A stretch of 64,000 nt of DNA from Octopus vulgaris (lineage: Eukaryota), in assembly GCA_951406725.2 (NCBI GenBank), contig OX597818.1, positions 84,878,001-84,942,000 of the forward strand, in the 5' to 3' direction. The position numbers were made by a program, and so were the translations under genes. The notes beneath the pieces were generated by a model. It had not been told where the DNA came from. It searched no databases and saw nothing but the letters and a program-made list of their open reading frames with translations. Within the stretch, counting starts at the first letter, position 1; each line of letters starts with the position of its first letter. This document shows positions 26,134 to 41,586 of the stretch, piece by piece.

Positions 26134-26418
26134 AAGGCGCGTGGATTAGTGATTAGGATATTCGGCTCTCAATCGTAAGGTTGGGAGTTCGATTCCCTGC
26201 GGTGAGTTATGTCCTCGCCGCTTTATTTCACATTACTCCAATTCACTCAGCTAGCAATAATGAGAAGTACCTGTATTTCGAAGGGCACAGCCTTGTCACG
26301 TTCTGTGTCACGTTGAATCTCCCCGAGAATTACGTTAAGAGTACTCGTGTCTGTGGAATGCTATTCCTTTGATCGGATCTACCGGAACCTACGTCGTCGT
26401 AACCGACGGAATGCCAGT
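26134..26418 (+). mobile_element. tRNA-derived SINE family 3
   Basis: A-box-like TGGATTAGTG, B box GAGTTCGATTCC; body shared with 33795-34110 and 19880-20080. Confidence 0.8.
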
Positions 26419-26859
26419 TTTTAGAGGTGAAATTTGAACAAAATCGTGGCCTCGAGTTGCCAAGGGTTTACCTGTTAACTCTTTCTACAAATGCTTATGA
26501 AGTAAATGTGTTGTTGTCATTATGATAATTCAATTCTAAAAAGATGGTAGAGCGTCTTAAATGGTAAAGCACCGAACTACATTCTTTGCAAAATATGTAA
26601 TCTTATTTCCGAATGCTCTAGTATCAAATATCGTTTGCCGTGCACTTTGGCCTTCATACTTCAAATACCAATAAACATACCAATCATTCACTTGTGTCAA
26701 GTCTACTAATTTATTAGTTTCCTTGCACTTTTATGACCTCACCCCAATATGAAAAACTTCCTTTTGGAAATTTTGGTTTTAGAATTAAAAGATACTACAA
26801 TTGAAGTTCGAAGTCGGTACAAATATTCGGCTCACAACCAGCGTGCTTGTTAAACTAAG

Positions 26860-26921
<62 letters not shown>

Positions 26922-26999
26922 CTTTCCCTCTCTCTTTTTCTCTCTCTCTCGCTCTCTCTCTTTCCCTCTCTTTCTCACTCAATCACTCTCTCTTTCTCT

Positions 27000-27057
<58 letters not shown>

Positions 27058-28344
27058 TGGGCCATAGGACTCATAAAGCCGCTTACTCGGTTTCCATGGC
27101 GCATAAGCGACCGAGATGACAACCATCCCTCTGAACGGGACGCCGGTCCGTTCCAAATTCAAGACCAGCAATTTTGAAAGAAGGAGTCAATTGGTCACAC
27201 CGACCTCCATAATTGACATCAGTCAATTTTATTTTATTGACACCAGAGGCTGGACGAACGGCACAGTTGACCTCAGTAGAATTTGAACTGAAAGTGAAAA
27301 GAGCCAGAAGAAATGCCGTTAAACATTATGCCCAACATGCCGACGATTCTGTCAGCTTGCTACCATAATCTTAGCTGATATTAACTAAATGCTCACGGCG
27401 CCTGTTTGGATGCTAAAAAAATAACAATATTTCAGCGGTTATTTCTGAATTTAGAATGAAGAAATATACAAACTAAAGTGTAAATTGCAACGTGGCAACA
27501 TAGCTCGTTAAATTCTTTTCTTAATTAGTTACTGTTAATTCTCATTAACATATTAATTCTTTCAGTAATTGATATGTTAATAGCTGGATAATAATACACT
27601 TGACATTGTTGAAAATAAATAAACGCGTCGCTAAAATTAATTGTTTCGGAATGTAACTGAAAAAATACGTCTCAGCACGCTGGGAGTAGGTGGGTGTAGT
27701 GGCGTAATATATAGAATGGTGAAAGAATTATCTAAGAACTACAGCCAATCGCCAGGTCGTTGATTCATATCTCAGCATTCGCTCTGTGGCATATATCTGG
27801 TGAAGACAGTTAAGTGTTAAATGACAATGTTTGTATATATCTGTTAAAACAATGTCCTCTTTGAGGTGCAGGCCATAAGTTCATAACACTGCAGTGTACA
27901 GGTCGCAACCAAAAAAAAAATGAAAAGAAAAAAGGAGAAAAAAAGAAACTCACGGTTTCATCATTATGTATAAATGTTGCAGCAGCAAAAGCAGGACATT
28001 CATTAATTAAAACAATGACAGTTCCTGAAAAGAATTATGAAACATTAGCTATATGAAAACATCGTTACCACGTGGCTAACTTAACTAGCGCCACAATGGT
28101 GGTCGTGTAAAATATGGGTAATGATGATGATGATGACGACGACGATGGTAGTGGTGGCACTAGGCGCTAGAAAATGTGATATTTGAGTAGTTAGCAGTGG
28201 TATTACACCGGCACTGGCTCCCTTTCTTTATTGTGTTAGGAAAGTGACTAAGAGCCATTAGTCAGTGTTGTCACCATTGTCTTTTATTTGGGACCCCCGT
28301 TTCCTTCGTCCCAAATATTTTGGTTGTTAACTTATGAGAGGTTG

Positions 28345-28562
28345 AAGAAGCGAGATGGCAGAATCGATAACATACCAGGTAAAGTGCTTAGCGGCATTTC
28401 GTCCGTCTTTACATTCTGAGTTCAAATTTCGCCCATGTTCACTTTGTTTATCATCCTTTCGGGATTAGTAAAATAAACACCAGTTGAACACTGTGGGGGG
28501 ACGGTTAAAGTAATTGACCCCCTCCCCCGAAATTGCTGGCCTTCTACCAACATTTGAAACTA
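28345..28562 (+). mobile_element. SINE family 1 copy (diverged)
   Basis: Head, B box and central block recognisable. Confidence 0.7.
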
Positions 28563-29297
28563 ATTTATGAGCAGTTGAGTGACACACTGACTTGTCCCTT
28601 CACCCCATGCTCGCTTCTAAAAACAACACATAGAGTCACATGCCTCCTCTCACTCGGTAAATGAGATGTCATTCCACGTAATGGCAGGAGCGACATCTCA
28701 TTGTTTGCTGATGGTTTCCAGGAAAAGTAGGTTAACTTTCTTCTTTTGTGAACTTGTGTACAGCTTCGGGGACAAGCGTACCTGTTATTGTCATACAATA
28801 CTGCCATACTGTCTTTCATTGATCTAAATCATACATATCCAAAGCTTGTCCGTTGCAAAAATTTAAACAAATCCTTCATTCAAAATTCCATTGGTACTTT
28901 CATTTGATAAAATTAGTATGTGAGTATTCATTTTCTTGTTAATTTTTGACAACCTGATCTCAACAGCATTATTCTCAGCAAAGAATCGTGAAAGTATAGT
29001 GAAAGAAGTGCCATACGTTATTTGTAACGGCTCTTTAAGTTCTGAGTTCAAATCCCATTATAGTCAACTTTGTCTTTCATCCATTCTTGCGTGAATAAAA
29101 TACAGGGCCAATAAAAAATTGGGGTGGATGGTATCGTGTCACCCTACCTTTAAAATTTACTGGTCTTCTGTCTGAGTCAGAAACATTTCTTTTTCTAAGG
29201 GGATCATTTTGTTTGCGAAATGTTTCTGTTAGTTCTGTGTGAGCGTATCCGTGTGTGTGTGTGAGAGTGTGCATGTGAGAGAGAGAGAGAGAGAGAG

Positions 29298-29359
<62 letters not shown>

Positions 29360-29569
29360 TGTGTGCGCGCATGCGTGTGTTTTGATCAACGTTCATGAAA
29401 GCACATTCACGTCCCGTGTGAAAGTTTTGGTGAGCACTCCGCATCGCCAAGTTAGAATAAAAACAAAATAGGAAAAAATTTATAAATTTCTTTCACAACA
29501 GATCTTTGTGAGATTGACTGGTACTGTATTTTATCGTCTCCGAAAGAATACAAGACAAAGTCGACCCAG

Positions 29570-29830
29570 ATAATAAACATATCATCATGAAAGAAAGAGA
29601 AAATGTTGATAAATATGGAGACCTGAGAATTGAGATCGCTAAGATGTGGCAGCTACGAGAGTCAAAAAATAAAGGTTATCCCTATTGTCATCGAAGCATT
29701 GGGTTCAATACCGCCCAATCTGAAAAAACACCTGAAGACTTTAGAAATCCCCTACAATATAGGTGTATTACAAATGTCGGCATTACTTGGAACTGTACGC
29801 CGTCAGAGGTCTCACAAGATCTCTTTCTGC
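29570..29830 (+). mobile_element. R4/Dong endonuclease-end fragment
   Basis: KERENVDKYGDLRIEIAKMWQL / KVIPIVIEALG...LQMSALLGT. Confidence 0.75.
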
Positions 29831-29874
29831 ACATTATAAGCTGTGATATTTGGTTGTTAATTATCGTGAGAGAA

Positions 29875-30160
29875 ATACAACATCCAAGTACCAATCTCAA
29901 AATCCTAACTGTCCGCAGCAGAGCAGTTTTGGGGGGCTTGCTCTGCTCTCATGTCAATTCCGATTTCTTTGAAATATTTCTCGAATTCGGTTGTTAGTGC
30001 TTCGAGTGCCCCTACAACTACTGGAATGACAGACATTCTCCCCATAGTCCACATTCTTGCAATTTCGTCTTTTAGTAGTCTTTACATTTCAATCTTTCCT
30101 AGTTCTTTGTCACCTACGCGTGCATCTTCAGGTATTGCAATATCTATGATCTTGGTTTCC
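29875..30160 (-). mobile_element. R4/Dong endonuclease-end fragment
   Basis: Minus strand KIIDIAIPEDARV...KDEIARMW...IPVVVGALE; 5' side abuts (TTA)n. Confidence 0.75.
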
Positions 30161-30162
30161 TA

Positions 30163-30229
<67 letters not shown>

Positions 30230-30445
30230 CATCATCATTTATATTATTATTATTATTATTATTATTACAAGTAAAACTTTCAATTCAACACAAAGAATTT
30301 CGTAAATACAAGATAATTAATTTCATTTAATGTAGTAAATAAATTTCCAAGTGTAAATTCTTATAATATCTTTTAATTTAACGTCTTAATTATGCACTTT
30401 ATTGCAATATATCGTAACCTTCATCTCAACGTGAGCGTGTGTGTG

Positions 30446-30571
<126 letters not shown>

Positions 30572-30899
30572 CACTCACACACACATACACACATATATAT
30601 ATACCCAAACACGTGTACCAGATTATGTGCGTCTCTGTGTTATGTGCATGCGTGTGTGTGTGTCTGTCTGTATGCCTACATGCCTTTACGTTAGTAACAG
30701 TATGGGAATTTGTGTATGTGTGTAGTAACTGTGTCTATTTGTGTGCATGTGACTACATACACATATGTTAAATGCACGTGTATGTATTTGTGCGCGCGCG
30801 CACGTGTGTGTGAATGCGTGTGACAGTGTAATTGTGTGTGTATCCGCTTGCGCGTGCGTAGTTTGCGTTTTAATTAAATCTCTTGAAAAGGCTCCAGTG

Positions 30900-31670
<771 letters not shown>

Positions 31671-31759
31671 TAATTGAAGGATCACTCAATACAATTGAGT
31701 ATCACATTTCACAATGGAATGATTGAGATTAGATGCCTTCCTCACACTACACGCACACA

Positions 31760-31822
<63 letters not shown>

Positions 31823-31974
31823 ATATATAAAATACGAAATGGGACATGAACACAAAACATCAAGACAGTTATATATGTATATATGTGTATGTATGTATGT
31901 ATGTATGTATGTATGTATGTATGTATGTGTGTGTGTAAATTCTCACTATATATATGTATATATATATATATATA

Positions 31975-32157
31975 TCACCGTGACCGATCAGGCTATCAGA
32001 TGTTGTGGCGAAAGAGTACAGCATGGATCGCCACCACCACTCTGCCGGAGCCTCGTGGAGCTTTAAGTGTCTTCGCTCAATAAACACTCACAACGCCCGG
32101 TCTGGGAATCGAAACCGCGAGTCCGCTGCCCTAACCACTGGGCCATTGCGCTTCCAC
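31975..32157 (-). mobile_element. SINE family 4 copy with internal deletion
   Basis: Colinear with 25265-25544. Confidence 0.8.
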
Positions 32158-32178
32158 ATATATATATATATATATATA

Positions 32179-32561
32179 CTAGCAGTATCGCCCGGCGTTG
32201 CTCAGGTTTGTAAGGGAAATAACTATAAAGCATTTTTAGAGAGTTATAGCCAAAAAATAGCAAAAAAATGGAAAAAAAATGATGGTAAATTTTTTTGAGA
32301 GTTAAAAAAGGTGGAGTTGCGTCCCCTAGACGGTCTGTGGTTTGGGTTTCTGATTCTCGACCCCATGTCGAATTTATCGATTTTTTTCAGAACTGGGGGA
32401 ACTTTTCAAAATTTTCGCTGCGTTAGTTTTGAATTATGACATTGGGCTATGTGTGTGTCAAGTTTCATCAGAATCGGTTGAAAGCCGTGGTCAGAGTGAG
32501 GGTACGAGAAAACAGACACACAGAAAACGCACAGACAAACTGCCGTTTATATATAGAGAGA
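32179..32561 (-). mobile_element. Non-autonomous Helitron-like element
   Basis: Minus strand starts TC(TCTCTATATATAAAC) and ends with GC-rich hairpin CCTGAGCAACGCCGGG then ...CTAG; inserted between A and T, no TSD. Confidence 0.75.
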
Positions 32562-32578
32562 TAAAACTATAACTATAA

Positions 32579-32621
<43 letters not shown>

Positions 32622-33106
32622 CAATTTACAAAAAAAAGACGAAGACGGTGTGTAAACAACAAACAACGCTCGGGAAACGGGAAAGTCTTTTACGTCTCGA
32701 GCCTACGCTCTTCGACAGAAAGGAACAGAGAAATAAACAGGGAGAGAAAATAGAAAAAAAGGTTTAAACAAGGTGAAATACTTTATATGTACATATATCA
32801 TATATATATATTATATACACATATTTTTTATGCTTAATATTTGTGTGTGTATATATATATGTGTACATATATATGTGCATGTGTACATATGTGCGAGTGT
32901 GCGTGTAAATGTGTGTGTCGCTAATAATTATTAACAAGAGAAGCAGTATTAATACCAGATGGTAATCGTTATATCCAAATTAAAGTGAATTAATTGCTCG
33001 AACGCATAATACTGCGGTATTCACTTTGACTGGTCCTCTCACATAGAAGCATGGCACATAGAAACACACACACATATCGTTAGCTGACGAGAATCGTTTG
33101 CTAAGG

Positions 33107-33182
<76 letters not shown>

Positions 33183-33339
33183 GTCTTTGTATGTGCTACA
33201 AGACATGAATTCTATAGAATACTTCGTTCGTCGTAACCGAAGTATTATTAACTCGCAGAAAGCCTGAACAAATGCAAACAATTATAAATAGTTAAGGACT
33301 ACGAAAACCATATCTGAAGAAGAAGTATAATTGAATATA

Positions 33340-34420
33340 ATTCCATCCGACCTCTCTGCCTACTAGTTTTGGGATGATCGTTGGAGTAGAGTCCTCAGAC
33401 ATCTCAGCTTTGGGTCCTATCAGAAACAACCACCATCACAATTTTCGGATGGATTCCTAAGTGTAACCACCTGAGACTATGGATATTATCCAGCCATCTC
33501 GTCCTTGGTCTACCATTAGTTTCACAGCTGGTTGGGTTGGCTTAAAGAATCCGTCTTACGATTCTTTCCCGCGACATTTCAATCACAAGTTCATAGAACC
33601 GGAGCTGTGACAACCCAATGCAGAGAAGCAGCGGCTCGACCTGGACTGATTCGCTGTTCTTGGAGCTACACACTCTGTTCGAGTAACGTTACTCCACTGT
33701 TGCTTTGAGGAACATTATTCCGGCTGCTTGTATTCGCGCTTGTAGCCTATCTGTCATTACTCAACAATCATGACCATACGTGAGGATATGGCATTGGCAC
33801 TCTGTCGGTTGCGACGACGAGGGTTCCAATTGATCCGATCAACGGAACAGCCTACTCATGAAATTAACGTGTAAGTGGTTGAGTACTTCACAGACATGTA
33901 TACTCTCAACGTAGCTCGCAAGGAGATTCAGCGTGACACACAGTGTGACAGGGCTGGCCCTTTTCAAATAAAGTACACCTTATTTTTGTCAGCTAAGTGG
34001 ACTGGAGGAACGTGAAATAAAATGTCTTGTTCAAGGACACAACGAGCCGCCTGGAATCGAACTCATGATTGTGAACGGAATACCCTAACCCTCAAGCCAT
34101 GCATCTTCACTGAGGATGGGCATGAAAACCGAATCAAAGATAGCTAGCTGAATTAAAATGTTTGCCAATCTCTCCTCACCTAAGGATCAAATGCTGTAGC
34201 GGGCTCATTACTGTGCCAGCACTTATAAGTTCAACAAATCAAATAGAATATGATTGTGCAATCTCACAGTGTTGCCTCAGAGAACTACTTCATAGCTCTG
34301 TAAACTATTCCAGCGACAAGATCTATTTTCTTGTCCGCTAAGCCACTTTCGTTGAACAAGTAAACAGATTTTTTTTTTTTTTGCTGATGATAATCCAGTC
34401 GGTCACTTGGGCTTAGATGC
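33340..34420 (-). mobile_element. Decayed RTE-clade LINE 3' fragment, interrupted by a SINE
   Basis: Minus-strand translation PILTYGHDC..VMT, VEPLLL..SQLRFY..VI.M..ERIVRRIL..GRPRTRWLDNI..L.W..LGI, typical of RTE C-termini. Confidence 0.7.
33795..34110 (-). mobile_element. SINE family 3, full length, inserted in the RTE remnant
   Basis: B box GAGTTCGATTCC; imperfect TSD TGAGGAT(AT/G)GGCAT at 33781 and 34111. Confidence 0.8.
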
Positions 34421-34893
34421 AAAATTGACCGAAATAGGCACATATATTAGAGTGTGTATGTATGCGTGTGTAGTCGTATATGTGTGTGATAAGAGCTGTA
34501 ATTCTCTTAGGTGTGTGTGTTTGTTTATAAAGATAAATATTTGTCAGGGGCTTAATGCGATAATTAAAGTAGGTTTATCTATCAAGGCCGAAGGAAGGCT
34601 TTTGTAAAATATTAAATTGGAAGATTTGAAGCTCATGCTCTTTCCTAAAAAAAAATAGAATACGTGAAAGTGGAATTGCAAAAACCAGAAATCGCACCCA
34701 TATCGCAGACTCGGTACATCCAGAGCTTCACCTGTGCTCTGAATGCACTAACAAGATTAACTCATATTGGAGGTACAGTGAATCAGCTGCTTCAAAGTAA
34801 TATACTCTACCTCATGTATTGAGTACTTCATATCCCGTCTGAACACACAATTCTATGTATGTGTTTGTGTATATACTCACACTCACACATACT

Positions 34894-34942
<49 letters not shown>

Positions 34943-35246
34943 GCACACATATGTATGTATACATATATATTGATAGATACATATACACATACATACATAG
35001 AGATAAATTAATACTTGATACATACACACACACACACATGTATGTATATATGTATATAATATATATGTACAAATATGTACATATATGTGTGTGTGAGAGA
35101 GAGAGAGAGAGAGCGTGTGTGTGTGTGTGTGTGTGTGCGTGCGTGTGTGTGTGTAGTTCATGCTTAATCTCAAAATTTTCTATTCTGTCTTGGTCTCACT
35201 TTCAATCTTTATCTTTATATATTTCCTCGTCTTTTCCCTCTCATTC

Positions 35247-35277
<31 letters not shown>

Positions 35278-35811
35278 CTCCCTCTCTCTCCCTCCCCCTC
35301 TCTCTCTCTCTCGTTCTCTCTCACTAACTTCTTCCTACTTTCATTATCTTAGCCTTCTTTTTCTTTCAACGTATATCATGTACTCTCCTAGTATCTTTCT
35401 TCCTCTCTTTTTTCTTTTTATTGCTCTCACTTTTCTGTTTTCCTCATCTTTCTCTCCACCTCTCATTTGTTATTTGTATTTTTATTATTTCTCAAGTCTA
35501 TCAAATCCTCCCTCTTTGTCTATAACTCTGAACCCTCTCTCTTCCTTTCTCTCTCCCTTTCTCTCTCTCCATTTCTCTCTCTCTCTCCTTCTCTCGTTCT
35601 CTATCACTAACTTCCTCCTACTCTCATTATTTTAGCCATCTTTTTCTTTTTAATGTACAGCATGTACTCTCCTTTTTTCTTTCTTTCTTTCTTTCTGTTC
35701 CCTCTCATTTTTCTATTTCTCTTTCTCCCCTTTCGTTTATTTGTTTTTTTTTTCAAGTCTATCTTATCCTCTCTTTCTTTTCCTCTTTGTCTGTGACTTT
35801 AGCCCCTCTCT

Positions 35812-35842
<31 letters not shown>

Positions 35843-37766
35843 GATCGCTCGCTCTCCCTTTCTTTTGTCTCCCAATGCAAGAGTCTTAACATACTGTTTC
35901 ATATTTCATTGCCAAAGATAATCCTGTCAGTATATAATCCTATTAAGCAAAGAAAACGATATACAGACAGGTAAGAATGAAAGATAAAAAAACGAAACGA
36001 AAGAAAAGAAAGAAGTAAAACAAAATCACAATGAACGAAAGAAAAAAGAAGAATAACAAGGAAGAACAAAAGAAAAATAGAAAGGGTACAGAAAGAGTCT
36101 GAACGAATGAGAGACAGATACTAGGAGAGATGGAATGAAATACAAAGTTATTTTTAAAAATTGCTCTAGATGCATGAAATCCATTTTGTTGTTGGTGTTT
36201 ATGCTGTTGTTTTTCTAGTGCTTTTATTTTTTGTTATTAAGCTTACCAAGATTTAGTCATTGTAATAAGTTCTATGTATTCTGAGACAAAAAAAGTAACA
36301 TAATAAAAAATATTATATTATTATTATTATTATTATTGTTGTTTTTGTTGTTGTTTCTAACGTGGGCACAAGGCACAGAAATTTTGAGGAAAGAGCTGTA
36401 ATACCTATATAGAAATTTTCGTTCGATTCACTAACGAATCAACCATTCCAAGACATTATTACCAAAACGTTATGGTTGCAGACCAAGACCGACATACAAA
36501 ACAGTGATAAGACAGCTGGGTGGGTGAGTTGTTTACCTGGAGTAAAAAGAAGGCAAAATCAACAAAAAGCAATAGGTAACCAAATAATGTCAACAAAGAA
36601 AATTATTCCAATAGAGTGGAAACCACATCAAAGCAAATATACCGCCTTCCAGATTCTTCCTTCCTTTTTAATTTTTTTTACTTCTGAAACACTCATATAA
36701 TCAGAACAGTATTTTTCTGCCTCTGTAGCTACGCTGCTCTCAATACGCTTAGTTAAAATGCAGTGGAAGGCAGTGCTTACTTTTCCATTCTCACAGTGCT
36801 TTACATATAACACTTGAATAAATTGATGAAGGCTTGACTTAAGTGGAAAAAGTATTACCCTAAAATGTTTTAAATATCATCAATTTCCGTGCTCTCAGCA
36901 TTGGAACATTTTTATCATACTCCATTAGTGGTACTTGAAGTTACTGTTGAGAGCTTGGCCAGAGTAGAGAAGTGCTTTGTCCTTAAAACGTGTCAAGGAA
37001 GACTATTCATAAAACGTGTCAAGGAAGACAGAGGAAGACTATTCATCTTTTCTTGCCGGAGGAATGCGGTGGTTTGAGCTTTAAAACTCATCCTTCAGCT
37101 GTACCATCCTACATGTGATAGGAATTGTTCCACAGAAGCCTCCGTGTCGGTATTGCACGGACGTTCAAGGAGAGCGCGCAGGACAGCTTATATCCTGCTC
37201 TCTGTCGTTTCTTACTTCGCCTGGATTCTACTACTGACATTTCCATGTTCGGAGTAAGACCATTTACATAGCTAACAGTACATTTAGCAAGCTTTGGTGA
37301 CTGTACAGTTTGGCACTGGAGACCAGCACACACACACACATACGCGCACACACACATACGCACACAATCACACATAGAAATATACACATACATATAGAGT
37401 GAAAGAGATGGAGAGGGAGACAGAGGCATTACACACGCATACAAATATAACATACAGAGAGAGAGAGAGAGAGAGTGAGAGTGAGGTGGAGAGTGAAGAA
37501 AAGTGGGCAAGCGAAACAATAAAACGTCTGATGTCAAATAAGTCAGCGGCAAATAAAAGAACGCCAAACAGGTGGCACCAAGCACTTGTGCTAAAACGTA
37601 CCCTTTCTGTTTCTATTCCGTAAACACACAGCAATGTCAAAAACTTTTGGTAATTTTTTTTATATTCCTGGCCATGTATATCTTTAGATTGTACATAATA
37701 CCTCATACCTTCTGCTATTCTCTCTAGAATGCTATCGATGTACCAGATTTAGTCAACAGATTTCCA

Positions 37767-37861
37767 CCTGACTTTGGTGTTGTACTTCTGCCTGACTTTG
37801 GTGTTGTACTTCCGCCCGTTTTGGTAATGTACTTCTGTCCGACTTTGATGTTCTGCTTCCA
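37767..37861. repeat. 24 bp minisatellite, about 4 units
   Basis: CCTGACTTTGGTGTTGTACTTC(T/C)G twice plus two diverged units. Confidence 0.85.
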
Positions 37862-38545
37862 TCTGAATGTCCTTTGTTTCAGACAAGATTTGACCATACT
37901 GAGAGATTTGCTTTTTCATTTCTTGTAAAAAGGACAAATTCTATTGCCAACACCCATTCCAAAACTCATCAAGATGCTGAGATTAATGATGAGTAAGCAC
38001 GCACCGAGGTTGGCATATCATTTGAGAATCTTGGGCTGAGATGACGGTGACGATCCGCTGTCATTCTTAATTTGACATATTTGTTTGCAGCTCGCCCCTT
38101 TGAGCCGCAGGTCCTAGTCAAACAACAACTGATGTCGAGAATTCTGAAATGTTACCAGTCACTCATTACACTCTACCAGCTGGACAATGTGGTTTTGTAC
38201 TTCAAATAAGTAATGTGATACCTTATGGGCTGGGTAAAACATATTCGGTTTCCAGTACTTGCTGGATGAGCCGTTCAGTTTGCCCGACTCCATATCAGTA
38301 CATTCAGAAATCCCAGTTGGGGATTATCAGACAACTAGAACTGCCTGAGATTTGTGAAGTTTCGCTGCATCCCTTTCCTATTGGTTATTTACACTCAATT
38401 CCTGCCTGCGTCTACTATGCAATTCTAGTCGTCCACTTATGAATAATATAAACAAAACAAAAAATAAGTAAACATAAAAAGTTAAAAAAAACATTTTAAA
38501 ACAGGCAGTAAAGTAACTGCTGAAATTTTCAAATGCATAAATATA

Positions 38546-39729
38546 CAGGGCGCGACGAATAAAGTGTCGTCTAAATTGCACAAAAATGAAAACAACACTG
38601 ACATCTCATTTTAACAGATATATTTACCAGAATTACATAAAATATCTTGAAATACTAAAGAGTAAATTTATTTAATAAAATCGCTATTGGATTCAACCAC
38701 GGCCTCTAGACAACTTCGGAATCTCCTGTAACTCATTTGAACGTTCTCCTTGTTTACGTTGGTGAATGCTGCCATAATCCTTGCTTTCAGTTCATCTTTG
38801 GTGTCACAAGGAGTTTTGTTGGTCTCTTGCTCATCTGCGCCCCACACATAATAATCAAGGGGATTGCAGTCTGGGGAGTTTGTTGGCCAGATGTTAGGGG
38901 TAATGTAGTCACATAAATTGTATGACAGCCACGACTGGGTTCTCCTGCTTGTGTAGCATGTTGCAGAGTCCTGTTACTAGACATAGTGTCTTCCAGCAAC
39001 CATCCCCTTGATCCAGGGCAGCACTACTTTCTCCAGGCACTTTATGCAGGCCTCTGTGTTGAGTGTGAGCCTGTGTGGGAGGATGAACGGAGGCATAATG
39101 TTGTCCTCACTAGTGATCACTCCAAACACCATGATGTTGACTGGATGTTTGATTTTTATCGCTCTCGGTACATGTTAAGGGGACACGGTAAGCTAACGGT
39201 CGGTCTGTGTGTTCACCATCTGATCCTTATAGCTTGGGATAAAAAGTGGCCCTTTCTCATCTTGTATGAGGAATATCGAATATCTTCATGCAATACCTGC
39301 CTGAAAAGAAAGTTGGGCACTCCTATGTCCATGGGGATGGACCTGGTTGATTTGGAGGGTTCATTGTCAATCATAGCCCGGATCTCACCAACAAATTCAG
39401 GAGTTCTTTTCTTATCAGAACGATCAGAGTGAGTTCCAAGTTGCCGTAACATCGTAATCACCATTAAACTCATGCAACTCTTTCTGAATTCTCTACACTG
39501 TCCTCAGATTGACACCCAAACTCTGAAATGTTTGTACTGGAGCTTCCGGCACGAATGCCAAGCAGTTAATGTCGTTTCCAAATTTCTGTCAGAGTGAATT
39601 GCATCATGATGCTGTTTTTCTCACAGACGGTGTCCTACTATACTGTGTAGTCGACAAAATCAAAAACAAACAATGCGCATGCGCGAAATTAAAAATACAA
39701 AATGGCAACTATCTACCCATCGTACCCTG
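38546..39729 (-). mobile_element. Decayed Tc1/mariner-superfamily transposon (probably DD37D/maT-like)
   Basis: TA-flanked CAGGG...CCCTG termini; transposase remnants RTPEFV..IRAMIDNEPSKSTR (HTH), KHPVNIMVFGVI, QDSA, IWP-NSPDCNPLDYYVWG; many stops and frameshifts. Confidence 0.8.
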
Positions 39730-39805
39730 TATTTTTCAGAGAGAAGTGAATTGACAGAATCATTAGAGCTTCTGACAAAACCCCTTCCAATGTTTGTTTC
39801 AGCTA

Positions 39806-40875
39806 AGGTGGCGAGCTGACAGAATCGTTGGTTCGCCAGGCAAAATGCTTAGCGGTATTTCGTCTGCCGCTACGTTCTGAGTTCAAATTCGGCCGAGGTC
39901 GACTTTGCCTTTCATACTTTCGGGGTCGATTAAATAAGTACCAGTTACGCACTGGGGTCGATATAATCGACTTAATCCGTTTTTCATTCCTTGTTTGTCC
40001 CCTCTGTGTTTAGCCCCTTGTGGGTAGTAAAGAAATAGGCATTTCGTCCGCCTTTATGTTCTAAGTTCAAATCCCGTTGAGGTCCACTTTTCCTTTTATC
40101 TTTTCGAGATCGATAAAATAAGTACCAGTCGAGTATTAAAGTCGATACAATCTACTTAAACCTTCCCCTCACACACACGCGCGCGCGCACTGAAATTGCT
40201 ATTCTTGTGCCTAAATTTTGAACCTCTATTTGCTTCGGCTAAGGCGGCGAACTAGCAGAATCATTAGCACTCTGGGTTAAAATACTTAGCGGCATTTCGT
40301 CCATCTTTACATTCTGAGTTCAAATTCTGCCGGGGCGGACTTTACATTTCATTCTTCAGGATCGATAAAATAAGTTCCAGCTGAGTACAGGGGTCGATGC
40401 AATCGACTTTCCCTGAAATTACTGACCTTGTGCCAAAATTTGAAATCGATATTTGCCTCGGATCTTTCCGATTATACTGCAAGTCCCGACTACTTTCACT
40501 TCGCCTTTCTTTGTACTGATATCGATTAAACAAAGTACCAACCAAATACTGAGATATATAATCAACTACCAATATGCCACAAGCTTTCATAATATAATAG
40601 GTCACTAAATTCCTGCCCTACCTTGGGGATCTAACGATAGGTAAAGTAACTTACCAATATATTACTGCACACTCAACATAGCAAGCGGGCAGAATTGTTA
40701 GTGCATCGGACAAAATAAATAGCAACATTTCCTCCGGCTCTTTACGTTTTGATCTTAAATATCGCTAATGTCATCTTTTCATCCCTTCTGAATCGATAAC
40801 ATAAGTACCAGTCAGATACTGGGGTCACTGTAATTTCTACCCTAAAATTGCTGGCCTTATACTAAAATTTGTAAC
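39806..40875 (+). mobile_element. Cluster of about four SINE family 1 copies
   Basis: Repeated heads or central blocks at ~39806, 40040, 40242 and 40680. Confidence 0.75.
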
Positions 40876-40884
40876 AATATTACT

Positions 40885-41091
40885 CTTTCTCTTTTATTTG
40901 TTTCAGTCATTTGACTGTGGCCATGCTGGAGCACCGCCTTTAGTCGAGCAAATCGACCCCGGAACTTATTTTTTTTGTAAGCCTAGTACTTATTATATCG
41001 GTCTCTTTTGCCGAACCGCTAAGTTACGGACACGTAAACACACAAGCATCGGTTGTCAAGCGATGTTGGGAGTACAAACACAGACATACAA

Positions 41092-41161
<70 letters not shown>

Positions 41162-41312
41162 ATATACGACGGGATTCTTTCAGTTTCCATCTACTAAATT
41201 CATTCACAAGGCTTTGGTCGGCCCCAGGCTATAGTAGAAGACACTTGCCCAAGGTGCCACGCAGTGGAACTGAACCCGAAACCATGTGGTTCGTAAGCAA
41301 GCTACTTACCAC
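40885..41312 (-). mobile_element. SINE family 2 copy
   Basis: Colinear with 933-1350. Confidence 0.85.
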
Positions 41313-41369
41313 AGAGGCACTCAACATAACACAACACAATACGCATACACATGTTATAAAACGATAAGA

Positions 41370-41586
41370 TATTGGTTTCCAATTTTGGAACAAGGCCACC
41401 AATTATGGGGTATGGGGCTAAGTCGATTACATCGACCTCAGAACTCTACTGGTACTTATTTCATCGACTCCGAAAGGATGAAAGGTAAAGTCGAGATCGA
41501 TAAAATATGAACTCAGGACGTAAAGACGGACAAAATACCGCTTTGCAGTTTGCTCAACAGCTAACAATTCTGCCAGCTCGCTGCCA
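41370..41586 (-). mobile_element. SINE family 1 copy (diverged)
   Basis: Reverse complement of head and central block. Confidence 0.7.

Noticed and set aside
28565-29051. Possible piggyBac-like C-terminal remnant or host exon
   Set aside because: Only vague Cys/Arg resemblance, stops in the alternative frames, no TTAA-flanked TIR recognised
36400-37330. Higher-complexity stretch with short ORFs (e.g. 37109..37585) as a possible host exon
   Set aside because: No recognisable domain or convincing splice-bounded open frame; small exons cannot be excluded without RNA data
37767-37861. 24 bp repeats as a CRISPR-like array
   Set aside because: Units are contiguous with no spacers; eukaryotic context
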